A DNA stretch of 64,000 nt from NCBI GenBank assembly GCA_029775855.1, contig JARVJZ010000001.1:224001-288000 (forward strand), in the 5' to 3' direction. The notes under the pieces are model-generated. The model ran no database searches and was not told where the DNA came from. It was given only the letters and a program-made list of their open reading frames with translations. Of the stretch, positions 27,701 to 37,385 are shown piece after piece. Made by a program: the position numbers and the translations under genes. The DNA comes from Nitrososphaeria archaeon. Lineage in GTDB: Archaea; Thermoproteota; Nitrososphaeria; Nitrososphaerales; JAAOZN01. Each line of letters begins with the position of its first letter. Position 1 is the stretch's first letter.

Positions 27701-28753
27701 TTAACCTGATGCAAATAAGTGCTCTCTACGCTTTAGCCACTCCATCTGCTCTGGTGTAAGCTTATCTTCTACAACAGGGTTCCTCAAGATGCCTATATTC
27801 TCGATCTCTGCTTCAACAACGTCGCCTGGCTTAAGCCAGTAGGGCGTGGGGTCGGGTGTTCTGAACGCAGCAACACCAGACACGGTTCCTGTGGTGATTA
27901 TGTCGCCAGGCTCAAGGGTCATCACAGACCAGTGTGAAACTATCTCATTTATCTTGACAGATAGGTGGTTGGTGTTTGAAACTTGCCTCGGATCGCCGTT
28001 TACTCTAAGCTCTATTTTGAGGTTGTGCACATCTCCAATAGCCTCTTTAAGTGTTATACACGGCCCCAAGGGTGCAAATGTGTCTAGGTTCTTACCTAGG
28101 TTCAATAGACCGTTCTTCATCTCGTTGCGCTGGATATCTCTTGCAGTAATATCGTTAAAGACGGTGAAGCCTGCTATGTGATCCCAAGCCTTATTCTCAG
28201 TGATATATCTACCGCCCTTTCCTATAACTATAGCCATCTCTATTTCGTGATCAAGCTTCTTTGTCAACTTAGGGTAGATAATAGGCTCATCTGGACCTAT
28301 TATGGCTGAAGGAGCCTTAAGAAAGGATATCCAAGGCGGTATAGGAAACTCCCAGCCAGCCTGACCTCCCTCCTTGGCATGCTCCCTAAAATTGCCAGCT
28401 GTGTGGATAATTTTCCCAGGTCTTATAGGTGCTTTAATCTTAACAGTAGATAAATCAAAGACCATTGGCTCGTCGCAAGGTCCGCATACCTGCTGACCTT
28501 TATTCAGCTTTTCAGCAACATAGCTCCCCGCTTCCTTCACAGCGTTCAGAGAGCGTTCTCCGCCACGTAGCATACTCAGCATACATGGCGGTACAATTGT
28601 CGAAGCTAACAGATATGGTTGTGTTTCACCACGATCTCTTAAAAGCTTTGCATAAGCTAGTGTAAGGTCAACAACTTTATTATCATACAGAAAGCCTATT
28701 CGCTCTTGCTTATAGTATGGTTCTACAAAGGTAACAAGCTTCATACTCCACAC
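27701..28753 (-). CDS. Fumarylacetoacetate hydrolase family protein
   Basis: FLKAP, DHEIEMA, NDITARD, GKNLDTFAPLGP, PGDIITTGT; likely start ATG 28744. Confidence 0.92.
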   Translation of the reverse strand: MWSMKLVTFVEPYYKQERIGFLYDNKVVDLTLAYAKLLRDRGETQPYLLASTIVPPCMLSMLRGGERSLNAVKEAGSYVAEKLNKGQQVCGPCDEPMVFDLSTVKIKAPIRPGKIIHTAGNFREHAKEGGQAGWEFPIPPWISFLKAPSAIIGPDEPIIYPKLTKKLDHEIEMAIVIGKGGRYITENKAWDHIAGFTVFNDITARDIQRNEMKNGLLNLGKNLDTFAPLGPCITLKEAIGDVHNLKIELRVNGDPRQVSNTNHLSVKINEIVSHWSVMTLEPGDIITTGTVSGVAAFRTPDPTPYWLKPGDVVEAEIENIGILRNPVVEDKLTPEQMEWLKRREHLFASG

Positions 28754-28824
28754 ACCTTATACCTTCAACAACTATTATTTAATAATCTTTATGTAAAAAG
28801 ATTGTGGATGAGCCTTTGATAGGC

Positions 28825-30138
28825 TCATCTGAATAGGTCTGGTCTCACCTCTTCCCTAGTCTTGCTGCACACATCTAGCGCAACTAGTGTGTAGACTTTT
28901 GTGCAGTCATAGAGGTCTTGTACGCTGATATATTCTCTATCTCGATCTGAGAGTGTAAGCCCCTTGATCTTTCTGCCGCCTGAAGGGCCGTAGTTGACCG
29001 CTCTAGCACCTACTGAGTTCAGTGGTGGGGCGTTGGAGTACCAAAGCTCGTATATTATTTCTGGCTCAGAGCCTAGGACCTTTTTGTGATTCTCTTTTAT
29101 TGACTTCACGATATATTCGTCTTCACTTATCTCTGTGGGTGGATTAGAGCAGAAGGGTGTTAACTCAAGCTTAAGGGTTGGATCCTCTGTGTTCAATTCG
29201 TGTATAACCTTCTCGAGCTGAGCCTTTACGTGGAGAGGGGTCATTCCAGGAGGATACCTAATGTCAAGGTAAATGCTTACTGAGTCGGGTGTCCTAGAGC
29301 TCTTCCAAGGTCTACCACCTTGTATCGAGGCTATGTTGACGATTCCACGATACCCCTTGTAGACGGTCTTCGCTTCAAACTCCTTCTTCCACTGGCTTAG
29401 CCTCTGGATCACTTTGGGTATCTGCTCGATCTTATTAGGCACATCTCTAGACCAAGCGGTGTGCACAACAGTGCCTCCTGTTGCTGTGATCTTAGCCCAA
29501 AATGAGCCGAAGTGTCCAATCATAAGCTTAAGACCTGTAGGTTCACCTAATATGGCGAAGTCTGGTACTATACCGTGTGTGGCTGCGTACGCTGCGCCAT
29601 AGCCGTAGCCTCGGTAGAACTTTCCTGTGTATTCGTCCACCTGTGAAGCCTCTATTTCGCCGACTGTTGCTGTAAGCATGATGTCGCCTTTTAGCTTCAC
29701 TCCAGATTCAACTATGGCTTTCACCGCGCCTAAGTAGGCTGCGTGTGCACCCTTCATGTTAAAGCTTCCTGCTCCAAAGATCCATTCTTCACCTTGGACT
29801 GTTGCTACTCTCCCTATGTCTGCGGTTGTTGCGCCTCTCATCCAAGGCTCTTTGCCTGTGAAGGAGACATCCAAGTGCCCATCAAACTGTAAAGTAGGTC
29901 CTCCGCCGGTACCTCTAAGTATGCCTATAACGTTGGTTCTACCTTCTTCAACTTCCTGCTTGATTACTTGAAGCCCGAGGTCAAGGTATCTGTTTTCCAT
30001 GTAGGCAGCCATCTCAGCTTCTGAGCCTGTTGGGCTCATGATACGCACCATCTCAACGACCCACTTCTTGAGTTCCTCGCGGTCGATCTTACTTAACACC
30101 GCGTTCACATCTATAGTACTCGACAACCTCTTCACCAA
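28825..30138 (-). CDS. M20/ArgE-family amidohydrolase with atypical metal site
   Basis: SPTGSE, DGHLD, NMKG, GEIE, GEPT, DIR, YGP. Confidence 0.85.
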   Translation of the reverse strand: MVKRLSSTIDVNAVLSKIDREELKKWVVEMVRIMSPTGSEAEMAAYMENRYLDLGLQVIKQEVEEGRTNVIGILRGTGGGPTLQFDGHLDVSFTGKEPWMRGATTADIGRVATVQGEEWIFGAGSFNMKGAHAAYLGAVKAIVESGVKLKGDIMLTATVGEIEASQVDEYTGKFYRGYGYGAAYAATHGIVPDFAILGEPTGLKLMIGHFGSFWAKITATGGTVVHTAWSRDVPNKIEQIPKVIQRLSQWKKEFEAKTVYKGYRGIVNIASIQGGRPWKSSRTPDSVSIYLDIRYPPGMTPLHVKAQLEKVIHELNTEDPTLKLELTPFCSNPPTEISEDEYIVKSIKENHKKVLGSEPEIIYELWYSNAPPLNSVGARAVNYGPSGGRKIKGLTLSDRDREYISVQDLYDCTKVYTLVALDVCSKTREEVRPDLFR

Positions 30139-30196
30139 TTGGTTAGCATCACAACTAATATTTAAGACTGTCCGATTTGTGAAAAGCCGTCAAGTG

Positions 30197-30235
30197 AAAA
30201 ATAAGTGGGAAGGCGTGAATACTTTATCCACGCCT
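30197..30235 (-). terminator. Hairpin plus T-tract after the SDR gene
   Basis: Minus strand AGGCGTGGATA-AAG-TATTCACGCCT (30235-30211), followed by TTATTTTT. Confidence 0.55.
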
Positions 30236-30240
30236 ATCGT

Positions 30241-31086
30241 TTATGCACCTGGCATGCTGAAGCCGCCGTCACATATTACAAGGTTTCCAGTCATGTGGAA
30301 TGAGTCTTGTGAGGCAAGGAACATAACGATGTGAACTATGTTTTCTGGTTTGCCTATGCTTCTAAGCGGCGTGTGGTCTATTATCCACTTTTTACGTTGT
30401 GGTGTCCAATCCTTTCTAGCTCTAAGTGATTCGGTATCCATATATCCAGGGCCGATTGCGTTTACTCTAACGAAGGGTGCAAGTGCTAGAGCATAGGATT
30501 TTGTGATTCCTAATACACCGTATTTTGCTGCAGCGTATTCGGGAGCTCTTGGACTTCCTGTTACGATTACGTTGGAGCAGACGTTGACTATTGTGCCGCT
30601 TTTTTGTAGATCAAGCATTCGGCTTCCGAATTCGTGTGTGCAGAGTAGTGTTCCTTTGACGTCTAGTCTAAGTGTCTCATCTATAATCTCTTCATTTAGG
30701 TCTCGCCAAGACATCTTAGTAGCCGCTGTTTCTCCAGCGTTGTTTATCAGTACATCGCACCTACCAAATTCCTGCCAAACTTTGTCAGCCATAGCTTTGA
30801 CTTGGTCGTATTTTGACACGTCTGCTTGAACCGCGATTGCTTTTCTGCCTTTCGCCTGAATCTCCTTCACAACGTTATTTGCAGCTTCTGCTGATTTAAC
30901 ATAGTTTACGACAACGTGTGCGCCTTCGTCTGCTGCTGTTAAGGCTATTAATCTGCCGAATCCTCTTGACGCACCTGTGACAACTACTATCTGGTCGTAT
31001 AGTCTCTTTCCGGGTGGTGTTGGTCTTCTTACCCAGTCGATTTCTCCTTCTACTTTAACGCTTCCTGGTGCTGTACCCCAGCTCAT
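30241..31086 (-). CDS. Short-chain dehydrogenase/reductase
   Basis: TGASRGFG, NNAG, YAAAK, VNAIGPG, DGG. Confidence 0.93.
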   Translation of the reverse strand: MSWGTAPGSVKVEGEIDWVRRPTPPGKRLYDQIVVVTGASRGFGRLIALTAADEGAHVVVNYVKSAEAANNVVKEIQAKGRKAIAVQADVSKYDQVKAMADKVWQEFGRCDVLINNAGETAATKMSWRDLNEEIIDETLRLDVKGTLLCTHEFGSRMLDLQKSGTIVNVCSNVIVTGSPRAPEYAAAKYGVLGITKSYALALAPFVRVNAIGPGYMDTESLRARKDWTPQRKKWIIDHTPLRSIGKPENIVHIVMFLASQDSFHMTGNLVICDGGFSMPGA

Positions 31087-31181
31087 TTTAGATCGGTAGT
31101 TGATAGGCTTATATGTTATTTAAGTTAATCTACATGTTTGAAAAAGGATTAACTTGGAAAAAATAGAGAAGGGGGTCTTTG

Positions 31182-31991
31182 TTAAGCTAGGGCTATAGGT
31201 CTGATTAGAGAGGCTTCTCCGCCTTTGATCTTTAGGGGTAGTACTATTACTGTTGAGACGTATTGCTTGTCTTTCGCGAGCGCCTCTAGGTTAAGGCTCT
31301 TCATTACATATATGCCGTTGTCTGAGAGGAAGATGTTGTGGCATTCGAAGGGCTTGGGGACACCTATAGCAAGGTTGTCTATGCCGAAGAGCCTAATCTT
31401 CTTGGCTGCCAGCCACCTCGCCCCGTCAGCACCCAAACCAGCGAATTTATGTAGATAGGCGTCAGCATCGGTCTGGAAGTATCTTGAATAGCCTGTTCTA
31501 ACTAGAACGCAGTCGCCTTCTTTGATCTCTACGCCTTCTTTCTTCGCAGCGCCATCCAAGTCCTCGGGTCTTATTTCATACCTCTCGGGCAATATGTCAA
31601 GACCTTTGTATGCTGGTATGTCAAGGAGTACGCCTCTTAAGACGAGTGGTGGAACCTTCTCCATGCTGTGTAATGGCTCAGGCAGATTAACGTAGCCTTT
31701 ATCTTGCTGATAAGGTGTTATGTCGTGCCCCAGAACCTTTAGATTTCTTGACATGTGTATTGGCACATCGAAGTGTGTGCCTGCGTGCATAGATGTGACG
31801 ATGAGGCTTATGGAGTCAGCGAATCCTGGTGCGATCTCTTTGAATAGTTCTTTTGTGTGCTCGTGGTAGCGGTAGAGGAAGAAGAGGAAGGGTGGGTCAG
31901 CTGGGTGAACTGGCATACCCCACCAATATGGCTGACCTAGATCATACACCTTGGCTTTGCTAATCACATCCCATAACGCTTGACCAGACAA
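31182..31991 (-). CDS. Cyclase family metallohydrolase (kynurenine formamidase/isatin hydrolase-like)
   Basis: HAGTHFDVP, GVLLD, VRTG, GID, PLKIKGGEAS; TTG 31991 is preferred over the ORF-track start 32018. Confidence 0.88.
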   Translation of the reverse strand: MSGQALWDVISKAKVYDLGQPYWWGMPVHPADPPFLFFLYRYHEHTKELFKEIAPGFADSISLIVTSMHAGTHFDVPIHMSRNLKVLGHDITPYQQDKGYVNLPEPLHSMEKVPPLVLRGVLLDIPAYKGLDILPERYEIRPEDLDGAAKKEGVEIKEGDCVLVRTGYSRYFQTDADAYLHKFAGLGADGARWLAAKKIRLFGIDNLAIGVPKPFECHNIFLSDNGIYVMKSLNLEALAKDKQYVSTVIVLPLKIKGGEASLIRPIALA

Positions 31992-32252
31992 TTCAAGCAC
32001 CGTATAGTGAAAGTTCAAAATAATATTAAACTCTTCCGCTTTATCGAATATGGTTCTGGTGTGTCTAGGGACTCTAGGAACATCTAATGGTGCAACTTGC
32101 AGTAATTAGTATAGTAATAAGCAGTATCTCTGTAATAACTATGGTAAATGGAGTGATATAAACCACCCTAAAAGTAGGCAAGTTTGACTTACAAATATAA
32201 GAGATAAGGTGATGCCACTAATTAAAGTCTGGAAAAACACGGGTGAACGGAA

Positions 32253-32642
32253 CTAGGCGTATGCGTCCTTGATGATTTCGCCATATTCTCTATTCTTCAA
32301 TCTGAGAATACGTTCTCCTCGTTTCGGCTTCTTCAATAATATAACATGTTTTGGATACACTCTTACTGCTCCTGTGACTGTATGATAAGCTAAAGTCTCA
32401 CCTTTTTTCCTATATCTAGATACAACTATTGCATCACCTACAGCCAACCACGGGACTTCTTCGGCCCACGCAAAGATAAACACGTCTCCCTCTTGCCCTG
32501 GACTTTGGTCATATCGGAAGTTGTCACCGTAGTTTCGCACCCATTCCTTGAAATCCTCAACATTTTTCACTGAGAACTGCATATACTCTCCTTCTTCTTG
32601 TAGATGCTTCGAGTTGAATGGAAATGCACGAATACGAACCAT
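32253..32642 (-). CDS. Hypothetical protein, possibly PUA/EVE-like
   Basis: 129-aa ORF with ATG and upstream TATA; GDVFIFAW...AVGDAIV pattern. Confidence 0.55.
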   Translation of the reverse strand: MVRIRAFPFNSKHLQEEGEYMQFSVKNVEDFKEWVRNYGDNFRYDQSPGQEGDVFIFAWAEEVPWLAVGDAIVVSRYRKKGETLAYHTVTGAVRVYPKHVILLKKPKRGERILRLKNREYGEIIKDAYA

Positions 32643-32790
32643 GGCTAACCTGAGTTCTCATAAGCTTTATGAAGTTTATAAATACATCGCTGACTTCAGC
32701 GTTAGATGATCCTAAAACCATTTTTAAGCACTCCAGTTTTATTAATACATAGAAAAGTTATTTTAGATGCTCTACAACCTACGATGTCTG

Positions 32791-32926
32791 GGGACCGTAG
32801 CTCAGCTTGGTTAGCAGGCTTGGGCCAAGGAGCGTTCGAGAGCGAAAATGCTCGGCGACGCTGATAACCGAATTGGCGTGCAACATGCCACGGCAGAGGT
32901 CCGCGGTTCAAATCCGCGCGGTCCCA
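32791..32926 (+). tRNA. tRNA-Ile(GAU) with three introns (32814-32829, 32839-32859, 32873-32896); CCA not encoded
   Basis: Removing the three inserts gives GGGACCG-TA-GCTC-AGCTTGGTTA-GAGC-G-TTCGG-CTGATAA-CCGAA-AGGTC-CGCGG-TTCAAAT-CCGCG-CGGTCCC-A; each junction forms a BHB-type motif. Confidence 0.93.
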
Positions 32927-32929
32927 CAT

Positions 32930-34054
32930 TCATATATAGGGCATTTTAGCTAGGGTTTCTGCGCTTATGTGAATTGATTCGTCAAGTCTTAAACCTTCTT
33001 CTATCAACTCTAACACGAGTGCCTTTTCCTCTGGAAACTTGTAGCCTTCATAGTCTTGCTTAAATAGGAAGCTGCCGTCTGCTCGACGCCAAGAGTTCAT
33101 AAAGTGGTCGAAGCACACTCTACTAGTTACGTTAAGTTCGCTTATCATCAATTTAAGCTCCTGTAGCCTCTCGTGCGGAGTTGTCAGCTCAAACTCTCCT
33201 CTCAGATATGCTTCATAGAGCGGTGTTCCTCTGCGTGGTGTAAAAGGTCTTGACCTTATGTAGTCTGGGTTTATCTCGTTTAGGACTCTAGCTGTGTTCT
33301 TAGCATGCTGCAACCAAAATCTTCTACCACCAACGCCAGGCATCCAATATTCTGATAACTCAAAGCCAGCCTTCTTTGAGCGATACCCTGCTTCGATCTG
33401 CTCTTCACTTGTTACACCTTTTTTTATGTATGCTAAAACCTCATCGTCTCCGCTCTCTAAGCCAACATGCAGCCTTGTCAATCCAGCTTGCCTTATCTTG
33501 ATTAAGTCGTCCAGAGGCTTGTGGGCCAATGTTTTAGCCCTTGCATATGATGTAATTCTCACAACTGTAGGGAAGCATCTTTTTATGTGCTGTAATATTT
33601 CGACGAGCTCGTTTGTGCGCATTATCGGGGTGTTTGCATCTTGTAAGAAGACGGTGCGGGCTCCAGCTTCTAGCCAGCGGTAAACCAAAGCGATGTTTTC
33701 ATAGTTTCTCATCTCGTCTGCACTTAGCTCCTCAAAACTCTTCCCATAGAGGAATAGTGGGTCAATTATTCTAGCCACCCAATCCATCCCACCTAGTTTG
33801 TTCGAGAGAGTTGTAAGTAGATCGGCTATAGCCTTCGCTGAATCTATATCTCTCTTCACTTCATCGACACTTCTATACACAAACCTTTTTCCCTTATATG
33901 ATGCACAGAATGTGCAAAAGTTCCAGGGGCAATTTACCGTTGCCCTTATTAAGAGTGAGGCGCTTCCGCCTTCAGAAGGAGGCCTAATGGGGCCTAGATC
34001 AAAGGTGTATTTTTTGAGCTCCTCAACCTCTGGTAAGACCATTCTTGCTATCAA
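32930..34054 (-). CDS. Radical SAM protein
   Basis: IRPPSE, CPWNFCTFC, FLQDAN, GLESG. Confidence 0.9.
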   Translation of the reverse strand: MIARMVLPEVEELKKYTFDLGPIRPPSEGGSASLLIRATVNCPWNFCTFCASYKGKRFVYRSVDEVKRDIDSAKAIADLLTTLSNKLGGMDWVARIIDPLFLYGKSFEELSADEMRNYENIALVYRWLEAGARTVFLQDANTPIMRTNELVEILQHIKRCFPTVVRITSYARAKTLAHKPLDDLIKIRQAGLTRLHVGLESGDDEVLAYIKKGVTSEEQIEAGYRSKKAGFELSEYWMPGVGGRRFWLQHAKNTARVLNEINPDYIRSRPFTPRRGTPLYEAYLRGEFELTTPHERLQELKLMISELNVTSRVCFDHFMNSWRRADGSFLFKQDYEGYKFPEEKALVLELIEEGLRLDESIHISAETLAKMPYI

Positions 34055-34095
34055 AGTTAAGGGTGGTTAAGGCGGCATAAAAAGGTTAGAGTGCT

Positions 34096-34833
34096 TCACG
34101 CTATATAAATCACTTTCCTATACACTTTTTTAAAACCCAATTTTGTGTAGAATCGTATTAGATTCTCGCTTAATAGGGTTTGAAGACATAAATTTCGGTC
34201 TCCCTCCTTATATGCTTCATTAATTAAATGTTTGATTAGCGTGCTTCCTATACCCCTCCCTCTTAGATCAGGTATGGTGCCTAGACAGTAGATCCCGCTT
34301 AGCTTCTCGCTACTAAACCTAGCAGCAACCCCGACAGCCTTGCTCTTATACCGCGCAATATAAAGTGTGCATCCCGGATGCTTTAGCAAGTTAGGTGTTA
34401 TCTCCTTAAGACCATCAACCCACGAGTAAGCTGCAAATGCATCAACAAACACTTTAACCCAGTCTTCTAGGTCATCTTTGCTACAAATTGAAATCTTTAT
34501 GCTAGGATTTGAAGGTGCACAGCTGCGGGTTCCTGTGCTCATAGTGAGCAGCTTATCTAACACTTCAAAATCTGATTCTAAGAGCAGTTCTTGATACTTC
34601 TTTTCAAGTAAGAATAGAGCTGGTCTTACCTTAAGCCGTTCATAAAAGCTTTTTACATATCTAAGATCATCTTGAGTCAAAACCACTTCCATATCTTTTA
34701 AAAGAGCGTGGTTGAATAGTGGATCGTCTGAGAAGATAGGGTTATAAAGTAGGATAAGATTCTCCGTGGTCCACTGCTTCGACCAAAGAGAAAAGAACTG
34801 CAGCTCGTTGCACTCCAGATCTATAATCTCCAA
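34096..34833 (-). CDS. GNAT acetyltransferase
   Basis: GIYCLGT.P.LRGRGIG, FYTKLGF. Confidence 0.85.
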   Translation of the reverse strand: MEIIDLECNELQFFSLWSKQWTTENLILLYNPIFSDDPLFNHALLKDMEVVLTQDDLRYVKSFYERLKVRPALFLLEKKYQELLLESDFEVLDKLLTMSTGTRSCAPSNPSIKISICSKDDLEDWVKVFVDAFAAYSWVDGLKEITPNLLKHPGCTLYIARYKSKAVGVAARFSSEKLSGIYCLGTIPDLRGRGIGSTLIKHLINEAYKEGDRNLCLQTLLSENLIRFYTKLGFKKVYRKVIYIA

Positions 34834-36050
34834 CTGTTATCCACAACCAGCCCTATTGTGGAGAGTATGCTCGCTACAGTCTTGTAGGAGTTCTTCAGTA
34901 AGTTTTCGACCTCTGCCACTGTTGCTGTGTTAATGTAGTCTGCTGTGTCAAGGATTGCTTTGATGGCTGCTGGTGTGTTAAAATCTTGGTTCATGTGGCT
35001 TGCAAATCTTCGTGCTAAAATTTTGATCTTTGAATTCACCTCTCCATCTTCATATTTTGATGCGAATTTGCAGCATCTACCCCAAAACTTTTCTATAGAT
35101 TTAACTCTGCTTCTTAACTTAAGCAGCTCATCTTGATTGAAGACCATGCTTCTTCTATATTTTGTTGATAGGAAGTAGATTCTTAGCAGATTCGAGCTAT
35201 ACTTCTCTAAGGCATCTCTTATAGTTATGTAGTTACCAGTTGACTTAGCCATCTTCTCTCCACCTACTTTAAGGAGACCCGTATGTATCCAATATTTCAC
35301 AAAAGGTGTATGGCCGGTATATGCCTCAGCTTGAGCTATTTCAGCCTCATGATGGGGGTAAATGAGCTCAACCGCACCACCGTGCACATCATATGAGTAG
35401 CCAAAATGTGTGATGGATATGGCTGTGTCCTCTATGTGCCAACCCGGTCTACCCCGCCCAAACGGACTATCATACCCTTCCTCTGACTCTGCCACATTAC
35501 GCCAAAGTAGAAAGTCAGCGGGGTTCTTCTTCTCTGGGTCTAGATCTATCTTTCTCAAAGCTAGCTCTGCTCTACTTTGATGTGACAGCGCACCGAAAGC
35601 TGAAAACTTCGATGTATCAAAGAAGATTCCTTTACTTGTTTTATATGCATAATCTTTCTCTAAAAGTGCTTGGATCTGTTGAATCATTTGGGGTAAGTAG
35701 GCTGAAGCTTTTGCGAAGAGCGTTACGGTGTCGACGCCTAAGCGCTTTAAATCCTCTATGCAAGCCTCAGTATATTTAGCAGCGACTTCTTTCCAGCTCT
35801 TCCCCTCCTTTTTAGACTTCTCAAAGATCTTATCATCTATATCTGTAATATTTATGATAAACAAGACCTTATATCCTAATTGTTTTAAGTATCTAGCGAC
35901 CACATCATAAAAGATGTATGTTCTAGCGTGCCCTAGATGCAAGTAGTCATAGACAGTTGGACCGCATACAAACATCTTAACCATACCTTCGGTTATAGGT
36001 GTGAAGACCTCTAATCTGCGGCTGTAGGTGTTGTAAACTTCAAGTGGCAA
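34821..36050 (-). CDS. cysS: Cysteine-tRNA ligase
   Basis: CGPTVYD..HLGHAR, GRPGWHIE, HGG, PHHEAE, KMAKS. Confidence 0.96.
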   Translation of the reverse strand: MPLEVYNTYSRRLEVFTPITEGMVKMFVCGPTVYDYLHLGHARTYIFYDVVARYLKQLGYKVLFIINITDIDDKIFEKSKKEGKSWKEVAAKYTEACIEDLKRLGVDTVTLFAKASAYLPQMIQQIQALLEKDYAYKTSKGIFFDTSKFSAFGALSHQSRAELALRKIDLDPEKKNPADFLLWRNVAESEEGYDSPFGRGRPGWHIEDTAISITHFGYSYDVHGGAVELIYPHHEAEIAQAEAYTGHTPFVKYWIHTGLLKVGGEKMAKSTGNYITIRDALEKYSSNLLRIYFLSTKYRRSMVFNQDELLKLRSRVKSIEKFWGRCCKFASKYEDGEVNSKIKILARRFASHMNQDFNTPAAIKAILDTADYINTATVAEVENLLKNSYKTVASILSTIGLVVDNSWRL

Positions 36051-36116
36051 CTATCTAAATATGGTAGGTGCAGAAGTATAGTAAATACTTTAAGACACAA
36101 GGAGCATTAGATTAAA

Positions 36117-36425
36117 GTGATGGAAGGGTATAGAGAGAAGGTGTTAAGGACATTCAAGGAGCTTAGAGCTGCGCTTGAACAGCTCGATTCTGATGCCGGC
36201 ATTAGGGTTAAGGGTTCTTTAGCGGAATTTGATGATGGCGGCTTTATTTTCATAAGCAAAGCAGAGGAGGGGTTTATAATCAATATATGTGATAGCACAA
36301 AGGATGATAACGGTGTTCTTATCCCGAGCAGAAAGGAGAAGTGGTTAAACCTTAAAAGCGTAGCAGAGGTTATGGATTTCATCTTGAAGTCTGCCAAACG
36401 CCCTCTTAAAGCATACCTCTATTAA
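36117..36425 (+). CDS. Hypothetical protein
   Basis: 102-aa ORF filling the gap, with TATA upstream and plausible composition. Confidence 0.6.
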   Translation: MMEGYREKVLRTFKELRAALEQLDSDAGIRVKGSLAEFDDGGFIFISKAEEGFIINICDSTKDDNGVLIPSRKEKWLNLKSVAEVMDFILKSAKRPLKAYLY

Positions 36426-37366
36426 CCGCTAAACTTTGATATGACGCCTTCATATAATAAGTCTAAGGTTCCTTCATCATAGAAGTCTGGAAGGAAGAAT
36501 ATGAAGCGTTCAAACCCTAGCTCAGCATAAGTGTTTATAGCGGCAACCCAATCTTCGCTGCTCCCACATATATGAGGCTCGACTCCGATGTTAAGCGACT
36601 TAGCCTTAGCAAAAGCTTTCTCTCTTGACTTGTCAAGCACACCTACCCAGTGTAAAGATCTTCTTATGCTCTTAGCATCCCTACCTATGCTTCTACAGTG
36701 CTCATCAAGTATACTATTGAGCTGCTTAACCCTCTCTACGCTACCATTATAATTGCTCCAATCAGCGTATTGAGCCACAACTTTAAGCGTCAGCCTACCA
36801 CTTCCACCAACAGTTATCGGAGGATGAGGATGCTGTATGGGTTTAGGGTAGCAGTAAGCATCCTTTATCGAATAGTATCTTCCTTTAAAGCTAGGTTTTT
36901 CTTCGCACCACATCTTAGTTATTACCTCAAGACTTTCTTTCAGCATCAATATCCGAGTTGAAGCCTTAGGGTAGTCATAGCCGTAGCTTCTATATTCTGC
37001 CTCATACCAGCCGGCACCTATACCAAACTCCAGCCGCCCTTGTGAGATATTATCTAGGGTCGCGGCCATCTTAGCTACCAACGCGGGATTACGGTAAGAG
37101 TTACAAAGCACAAGCATACCAAGCCTAACTTTACGCGTTATAGGTGCAAGGTAGCTTAGCAGCATCCACCCCTCAAAGCACGGTCCGATACTCTCTGCCT
37201 TATATTGAATGAAGTGATCATAGAGCCAGATCGACTCAACCTTAGAGTTCTCACACCACCTCACAAAGTCAAATATCGTTTCTAAATACTTCTCCTTTGG
37301 AAGAGTATTAAGCTCACCATGCCAGCCTTGAGGCACCATCAACCCAAAAAGAACCAACTCTACCAT
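36422..37366 (-). CDS. LLM-class F420-dependent oxidoreductase
   Basis: WLYDHF, YRNPALVAKMAATLD.IS.GR..FGIGAGW, PKP.Q.PHPPI.VGG. Confidence 0.92.
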   Translation of the reverse strand: MVELVLFGLMVPQGWHGELNTLPKEKYLETIFDFVRWCENSKVESIWLYDHFIQYKAESIGPCFEGWMLLSYLAPITRKVRLGMLVLCNSYRNPALVAKMAATLDNISQGRLEFGIGAGWYEAEYRSYGYDYPKASTRILMLKESLEVITKMWCEEKPSFKGRYYSIKDAYCYPKPIQHPHPPITVGGSGRLTLKVVAQYADWSNYNGSVERVKQLNSILDEHCRSIGRDAKSIRRSLHWVGVLDKSREKAFAKAKSLNIGVEPHICGSSEDWVAAINTYAELGFERFIFFLPDFYDEGTLDLLYEGVISKFSG

Positions 37367-37385
37367 CCATCAACAAACCAGAGAT

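Noticed and set aside
32702-32929. 75-aa ORF MWDRADLNRGP...
   Set aside because: Antisense of the intron-containing tRNA-Ile.
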